Positions 57,380 through 64,000 of a stretch of DNA of 64,000 bases are shown in pieces (position 1 is the stretch's first letter; the number at the start of each line of letters is the position of its first letter). The DNA lies in NCBI GenBank assembly GCA_977018835.1, contig OZ361261.1, positions 186,001-250,000 on the forward strand, given 5' to 3'. Made by a program: the position numbers and the translations under genes. The notes under the pieces are model-generated. The model was not told the DNA's origin. It saw nothing but the letters and a program-made list of their open reading frames with translations, and did not search any database. Source of the stretch: Minutocellus sp. GHC0000111 (taxonomy: Eukaryota).

Positions 57380-58717
57380 ATGTCGTCGGTTCATCCGGCA
57401 CCACCAATTGCGCTGAAGGAAGAGAAGAAGACTGAGGGATGCTGCCACAGAAAGAATGGTGGCACGAAAAACCAAACAAAAGATGAGAAAAAGCACAAGA
57501 CCAAGCTGTACACGCCCTCTTTTCTCGAAAGGAACCGCAGCAGCGCCAGCAGCAGCCCATCAAGAAAAAATCGGAAGCGCCGCCCATATCCAGGTCGGAA
57601 CGACTTGCATGATGCATTGGATTCAGATGCTGCGACATCAGCATCTGGTCAGTCTACGTCAGCCCATAATCAATTGCAAGACAGTAGAATCGAATGTCCT
57701 TCTTTTTTGGTGGAAGCAGAAGCTGCAACCATTGCAAGTCCAACCTTGGCAGCACATATTACAGACTGTCAACCTTTAGTCAATGGTTGGTTCGATATCG
57801 AGACAGGATTGGTTAATTTGTGTGTTGGATCGCCTCCGCCATCATCGCCTGTGCATTCAAGCGCTGACGACGAACCTTTCGTCGAACAACAACCGCCTAG
57901 CGCCCAGCGATTGCTCGATCGGCTACAATTAGACAGAAACGATGGCGTGACAGAACATGTCCAGGGTCGATTACTGAATAATCACGATAGCCATACCTAC
58001 TATGGAAGCAGAGACAATTTGCAATTTTTGGAAAATGGGGGCGCATTCTACTCTTTTACCTGTCGAACATACTTGACTCCATATGAAAGTGATATGATGA
58101 GGACAATGGCAAACATGACATCGTTTGAGGACGAGCAAAAAGAGAACTCCGTTCCTGGCTTTGATGTTGCTAACATTCACGACATTGAGAAATACACATT
58201 TGTCATTCAAAAGGCGGCTTATTTATTGCCCGGTGTGCATTTACACGATCTGACTCCAGATCTTTTGTCCAGTACTGATTATCATCTCAACTGCCAGCCA
58301 TGCGGAGCGGAGATATGGGACCACAAAGACCCGAATACTTTTCGGTTCACTCGACCCATCGTTCGTCACGTATATTACATGACAATTCAATTCAAAGTTA
58401 GTCAAATTGAGGGAAATGATCTGATTGCGCTGTCCAAGCTGATGGGCATTCGAGTTGATCACGGAATATTGATGGAGCGGACCAAGAGATCCAAACCACC
58501 GAAGGTCGATGGCACAGCGAAGGCCAAGTCGATACTGTGTTATACCTCAGTATCTGGTGGTGTTCTGGTCACTCACGCGACTGTGATTTTGAACACAGCC
58601 ATCCCTAGTGCCGTTTCTGGTGAAATAAATACATTTGGTTCTCTTGGGCTTCGGGAGACCTGTGAGACGGCAGAGAAGACGCGACAATATCTTTTGCGAG
58701 TTTGCAATGAGACGTGA
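57380..58717 (+). CDS. Hypothetical protein
   Basis: Open ORF of about 445 aa; disordered N-terminus and a structured-looking C-terminal domain; no family recognised. Confidence 0.6.
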   Translation: MSSVHPAPPIALKEEKKTEGCCHRKNGGTKNQTKDEKKHKTKLYTPSFLERNRSSASSSPSRKNRKRRPYPGRNDLHDALDSDAATSASGQSTSAHNQLQDSRIECPSFLVEAEAATIASPTLAAHITDCQPLVNGWFDIETGLVNLCVGSPPPSSPVHSSADDEPFVEQQPPSAQRLLDRLQLDRNDGVTEHVQGRLLNNHDSHTYYGSRDNLQFLENGGAFYSFTCRTYLTPYESDMMRTMANMTSFEDEQKENSVPGFDVANIHDIEKYTFVIQKAAYLLPGVHLHDLTPDLLSSTDYHLNCQPCGAEIWDHKDPNTFRFTRPIVRHVYYMTIQFKVSQIEGNDLIALSKLMGIRVDHGILMERTKRSKPPKVDGTAKAKSILCYTSVSGGVLVTHATVILNTAIPSAVSGEINTFGSLGLRETCETAEKTRQYLLRVCNET

Positions 58718-59086
58718 TGTGTGTAGATGTGTGTATCATGCAATGGTAGATGTTTGTACTTTTACATACCGTAGACACAATTGTATCGTGCAATATTCAG
58801 GCCTGCAGTACCGGTACTAGTAGATCTCTAACTACTAGAGTTCCCCACACTGAAGCTTGGAGTCGGGTTCGTTGGGCGGTGTGCTAGTTTTTCGAAAAAT
58901 AATTCTAGTTTCTATTCTACGTAATTTTGACGCAACACTGAAAGCAGAGCTAGCTGCGCTGCTGCTGCTGCTTGCAGAAGCCGAACGGGCGGGCGAATGG
59001 CAGCTGAGATCCGAGAGCTGACATGCATGTGAGCTCGAGTGGCTGCTATTACCGCCTGCTTTCATGGCCCTGAATGTACACGCATC

Positions 59087-60367
59087 ATGCCCGACCAATG
59101 GTCGATTGCTGATTTTTACATCGGCTCTACGATTGGGGAGGGTCGCTACGGTCGGGTGGTACACGCAATCGTCAAAGATAAAAACTAAAGGAATGATGAG
59201 ACGTTGCCAACGAGAAGACCGCGAATCAGCTCCGGCAGTGCATGTGGTACGAGTGGGGAAGACACACAGCACTGCCGCCATGTTGCCGTCAAAATCATGG
59301 ACAAGTCTCAGCTTATTCGATTGAAGCAGACGAAAGCCGCCTTGAGAGAGCGAAAGATACTGACGTATCTTACGGAAATTCGCCAATACAGCGAACGCAC
59401 GTTTGTGCCACGTTTGTTGATGAGTTTTGTGGACGAGTCGTCTCTTTATATCGTTACCGAGCTCTGCGATGGTGGCACCTTGGCAGATTTTGTTCGACAT
59501 ATTAATAATCATGACCGCCCACAAAATCCCGGGAAAAGTGAGCTGGAGCAACTGCGCTCGTTATTTAACTGTAATGCCGAAGACGAGAGATATCAGTGGG
59601 TACGACACATATTGGCGCAGCTTTTATGTGGGTTGGAATTCCTCCATTCTTATGGGATCATCCACCGAGATCTGAAGCCTGAGAATACTTTACTACTCTC
59701 AAACGGATGCGTCAAGTTGGTGGATTTTGGATCTGCAATCCATGTACAAAGTGACATTGGAGAAGGCGAAGTAGATGGAATTGATGAATTCGTGGGGACA
59801 GCCGATTTTGTGTCGCCTGAAATGTTACGAGGCGCGAGAGACTCAACCGACGCCAGCGCTTTTATTTCGTTCCAAAATCTCGCTGCCCAAGATCTATGGT
59901 CATTTGGCTGCATGGTCCATTTTTCATTCTCTGGTCGGTCACCCTTTCACGCGGAAAGTGACCATCTAGCAATGAAAGCCATTCTTTCCCATGCCGATGG
60001 AAGCCACGCCTGCACATTGAGTGCTAGGATACCATCGAATGGAAGAGGATTGATTCATGCTCTTTTAGCTGGCAAACCTGAAATGAGACTTGGCTACGGG
60101 GACATAGTGTGGCGACATCCCAGGGCTGATGACAAAGGCGGGAAAGCAAATGAAACGGAAAATTCCTCCAATCTTCAGCCCACGCAACACTACACGTCTA
60201 TTCGACAGCACGGATTCTTCCTCGACACCAAGTGGGACAGTATTAATAGAGGGACTGCCACACTATCTCGAACCCCACCGGCCCCAGCTTGGGTAAAACA
60301 ATATGAGGCGGGGAGTTCAGACCTCAGAGATGGAGCATCAATTCATAATGACTTGAGTTGGCTATAA
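59087..60367 (+). pseudogene. PDK1-like AGC Ser/Thr kinase with an in-frame TAA at 59186-59188
   Basis: MPDQWSIADFYIGSTIGEGRYGRVVHA..*..VAVKIMDK, HRDLKPEN, DFGSA, FVGTADFVSPE, DLWSFGC. Confidence 0.8.
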
Positions 60368-60393
60368 GGTTGTCTTTCTGCACCTACATCATA

Positions 60394-60593
60394 NNNNNNN
60401 NNNNNNNNNNNNNNNNNNNNNNNNNNNNNNNNNNNNNNNNNNNNNNNNNNNNNNNNNNNNNNNNNNNNNNNNNNNNNNNNNNNNNNNNNNNNNNNNNNNN
60501 NNNNNNNNNNNNNNNNNNNNNNNNNNNNNNNNNNNNNNNNNNNNNNNNNNNNNNNNNNNNNNNNNNNNNNNNNNNNNNNNNNNNNNNNNNNNN
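60394..60593. other. Assembly gap (200 N)
   Basis: Run of N. Confidence 1.
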
Positions 60594-62469
60594 GGAAGGG
60601 GTGTTCAACATCGGCGGTGGTCTCGGCGCCGGAAATAGGCGCAAGAAGCGACGGAAGAAGAAGGCCCTGCAGTACAAGATGCTGGCCGATCAGGGCATCC
60701 TCAAGCCGGAGGAGGCCGAGGGGGCGAAGGATACTGCTAGTGGCACTGCTGCCGTGGATTCCTTTGCGGTTCCTGCTGGATCGGCACCTTCTCCTGCCCT
60801 TGCGTCCAAACCTGGAGGTTATCCCCACGGTGATGACCATCAAGAGGAGGAGGAAGACGATGCCTTTGTGATGGCCAATGCGTCCGCTGCCGCGGCTCGG
60901 CGCCCACGGAAGAAGGCCGAGGCGATCGTGCTGAGTCGGAGGGATCGGCAGCCGACCAAGTCTCGTCGTCGGCATGGTAGCGATGATGATTCCGATTCTT
61001 CTGCCGGCAGTAGCAAAGGAAGGAGCGATTCCAGCCGATCCTCGTCGTCAGCAGCATCCAGAGGTAGCGGCCGAGGAAGAGGGAGGGGTACCCGTGGCAG
61101 CCGCAGTCGCAGAAGGAGGAGATCAAGGTCACGGTCGCCGTCGTCGTCCTCTTCTGCCTCTGATGCCGAGGCCGAGGCGCAACGCCGGCGTCGCCGACGG
61201 AGACAACAACAGCGGAGGCGCAGTGGCTCGTTATCACCTTCCTCCTCCTCATCAGCATCGTCGGGCTCCGACAGTGGGCGCAGAAGCCGCCAACGGTCAT
61301 CTCGGCGATCAAGACGATCGGGTTCTTCTTCGGGATCCAGCTCATCGTCATCGGATGACGATGGTGGAGTTGCCGCTAGGAGGCGAAGGGCGCGAGAAAA
61401 GGTGGCCCAAAGAAGAAGAGAGGAGGACGAGGTCATTTCGGCTAGCAGGGCCACAAAAGCCAACGATGAACAAAGCACTTTGGTGGCAGCACCGATGGAT
61501 GCAGACCGCGACCAAATGGCTCGACGCGGCGAGGTTGGTGCTGAGATGGGAAGGACAGGTAGACGTGCAAGGTCAGGTTCATCATCATCAAGCTCATCTT
61601 CGTCGTCATCCTCCTCGTCATCTTCGAGCTCCTCCAGCTCCAGTTCAGAGGACGAGGCCAGCATGGTACCAGCCGTAGCTAAGCCACTCTTTGTTCCCAA
61701 ACATCGACGAAAGGCTGCATCGGAGTTGGCTGCGCAACAGGAGGCTGAAGAAGCCGAGCGAGCCGCCAAGGCAGAAAAGGAGAAAGAGAGAAGAATTATG
61801 CAGTCCCGTGCTCTTGTGGCACAGGTGGTGGCTGAGGATGGTAATGGGAACGACAATGATCAGGGTGGTCTTGGTCTGGATGGTCCAATCGGATTACAGA
61901 ATGAGTTCGACGAGAGTGGTGGATCATCGCAGCCTCCACCGAATGATACCGGCGATAATTTGAAGGAAGGTGAACTGGAGAAGAGGAGAGATGCCTGGGA
62001 GGTCCGAGAACTACTCCGTATCCTTCGCGACTATGACGAGAAGGCAGAGGCCGAACGAGAAGCCGCTGAGTTGGAGCGCCGGCGGAATATGACTGACGAG
62101 GAACGCCTCCAGGAGGACATTGTGTCCGGCCGGTATCGCAAGCCTGGCGAACAGCGAAGGAAGAAGGTCGATGGTGACGGTGGTGATGGCAAGAGCAAAG
62201 AAGGCATGCGGTACTACCATCGTGGAGCATTTTACATGGACGAAGACACTCTCCAAGAGGCTGGAAGCGATGATGTCCGTCATAAGGCGGCTGATTATGC
62301 CCGCGCAGCAACTGGGGACGAGATATTCGACAGAACCAAGATGCCGGATATTATGCGAGTGAAGAAGTTTGGGTTCGCTGGCCAGACGCGTTACAAAGGC
62401 CTGGCTAAGGAAGATACTACTGATAGGAGCCGAGATTACTTGCCTCTGAATCGAGGAAGACAGAAATAG
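60594..62469 (+). CDS. MFAP1: MFAP1/Spp381 spliceosomal protein (5' end lies in the gap)
   Basis: KPLFVPK, AWEVRELLRILRD, ELERRRNMTDEER, YYHRGAFYMD, MRVKKFGFAGQTRY..EDTT; Ser/Arg-rich N-terminal half. Confidence 0.9.
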
Positions 62470-62650
62470 TACGTCGAATCGATTCTCTCTAATTTATGCA
62501 TCTAACATTTGAACAATTAACACCGCGACCCACTTACAGTATATATACAGTAATCTAATGAAACAGATTATGAAAATAAATCAGGTGAAACATTTCTTTG
62601 ATGCACGGAAGATGGGCTCTACAGCTGACTTACTGGGCAAGAAGGATTTT

Positions 62651-63661
62651 TCAATTGGTGGGAGAGGCAGCTGCGTCCGCGAATCGGAGTCTTCGTGCCG
62701 CAATCTTTGTCACGATCCCATCATACTCTATGTAGCAAAATCGCGGCAGACCAAATCGTCGACTATACACAAGTCTGTAGTGACCCAACTTGGAGGGATC
62801 ACCTCGAGCGTCTTGGAGGATTTCTTGTATGCGATTGACAAGGTTGGTCGCAGATTCATGGCCAGCAGGTCGGGTCACGTCCACGTCGCTGACCCGTACT
62901 CTCGTATACGTAATATCTTGGAAGGTGGCGCCATCTTCCAAGGTACGCTGTGATCCTCGAAGTCCACGTCGTTGAATTCGATATTCTTCGAGAAAGTACT
63001 CGAAGCTGTAGCCTCTGTTTTTGGTGAATCTCTCGAGTTTTTTTTTGTTCCTTCGTAGCTTGAAATTTTCCCTATAGACCTTCAATCGCAGTAAGGAAGG
63101 GGCGCGGGCATCATTTGGATTGCCGCCGACCAAGGCTGGGCCCTCGTCAGAATCTTCGGAACTCTGGCTGCATCCAGGTCCTTGCGGTGTTCCCCAGCTC
63201 CACGTCGTGGTGCTGCACCCATCGTCGCCCTGTTGTGGAGTACCACTACTATTGGGATTGCCACCCACTAGCTCAGGCCCAGATCCATTAACATTGACAG
63301 TTTCTTCACTACCGCTTGCATGGTTGAACGCCCCTTGGCACCGCAGTGGGACAGGTATTCCTGGCACTCGTTCGTCGCAATCATCCTCGTCGCTTGGGCT
63401 GTCGATACCACCGCCAGCGGGGTCACGCCCAGCAATTAGTTCTGGGCCACCGTCGCTACTATTTCCGCTCTCACTCTCTTCGAGGCAATCTGAATTGGGC
63501 GTGCCTCTGATGGCAGAACAATCTTTTTGAGCGCTGGGCCCAAATTGGAGATGGCGGATAGAAAGCGCCTTTTGCACGATACCGTCGTTCCCATGGTGAA
63601 AATCACCAACGGCGACGATCGCGGCTGTCACGCATATGGCTACAATTGCTGTTATTCGCAT
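62651..63661 (-). CDS. Predicted secreted protein with internal GPxLxxG repeats
   Basis: Signal peptide MRITAIVAICVTAAIVAVG; three Cys-pair + GP(E/A)L(I/V)(A/G)G repeats; basic C-terminal domain. Confidence 0.7.
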   Translation of the reverse strand: MRITAIVAICVTAAIVAVGDFHHGNDGIVQKALSIRHLQFGPSAQKDCSAIRGTPNSDCLEESESGNSSDGGPELIAGRDPAGGGIDSPSDEDDCDERVPGIPVPLRCQGAFNHASGSEETVNVNGSGPELVGGNPNSSGTPQQGDDGCSTTTWSWGTPQGPGCSQSSEDSDEGPALVGGNPNDARAPSLLRLKVYRENFKLRRNKKKLERFTKNRGYSFEYFLEEYRIQRRGLRGSQRTLEDGATFQDITYTRVRVSDVDVTRPAGHESATNLVNRIQEILQDARGDPSKLGHYRLVYSRRFGLPRFCYIEYDGIVTKIAARRLRFADAAASPTN

Positions 63662-64000
63662 GTGCTCGTAGATCTAAATCTAGCTAGCTACGTTGTTTGG
63701 TGGATAGGTCAATTTGTCGATAGGTTCGCTGAAGTAGAAAGATGGTACCTAGGTAAGGCTTCTTCGAATGAATCAATCGTTCGTGCCTTGGGGAGCTTCA
63801 TCGAACGGTGGAAAGATGATTGCCTGTCAGTCATCCTCGCCCTTTGAGAGTTCTCGTTGATGAGGGTGTCGCTGCACTTGTGCTGCTTCGCCCTCCTTTT
63901 TCGCGAAGAATCGGCATCACAATGCATGTAGATCTATGCAGCACGGTACATGTTTATAGAGGAGTTGCCAAAATAAGGCGGAAGTTGAGGTGATGTTGGT

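Noticed and set aside
56797..57435. 212-aa ORF upstream of the hypothetical gene
   Set aside because: Non-ATG start, crosses a G-run in promoter-like intergenic DNA, and has no protein-like features.
6329..59188. Alternative genetic code explaining the internal TGA and TAA
   Set aside because: TGA, TAA and TAG all serve as normal stops in this window, and internal stops are too rare.
60960..61650. Ser/Arg low-complexity runs as a repeat element
   Set aside because: They encode the RS-like region of MFAP1, as expected for a splicing factor.

Overview
Gene-dense eukaryotic nuclear DNA, most likely from a diatom or related stramenopile (short GT-AG introns, signal peptide + ASAF-type plastid leaders, TTAGGG repeats). 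It holds about 25 protein-coding loci, a 200-N gap and two tyrosine-recombinase (YR) mobile-element loci: an intact Crypton-like ORF with flanking repeats, and a deleted DIRS/Ngaro-like remnant. Main observations: (1) a head-to-head TTAGGG/CCCTAA insert inside a bZIP coding exon, with both flanks belonging to the same gene; (2) a single four-exon gene fusing a kinesin-4-type motor to a MAP65/PRC1/Ase1-like domain; (3) a TPP riboswitch aptamer in the 3' UTR of a sodium:solute symporter; (4) a PNGase-thioredoxin-PUB fusion; (5) many disabled housekeeping genes (frameshifts, in-frame stops, lost start, truncated LeuRS), which points to a decaying haplotype or a poor consensus. All family assignments come from motif recognition by eye; no searches were run.
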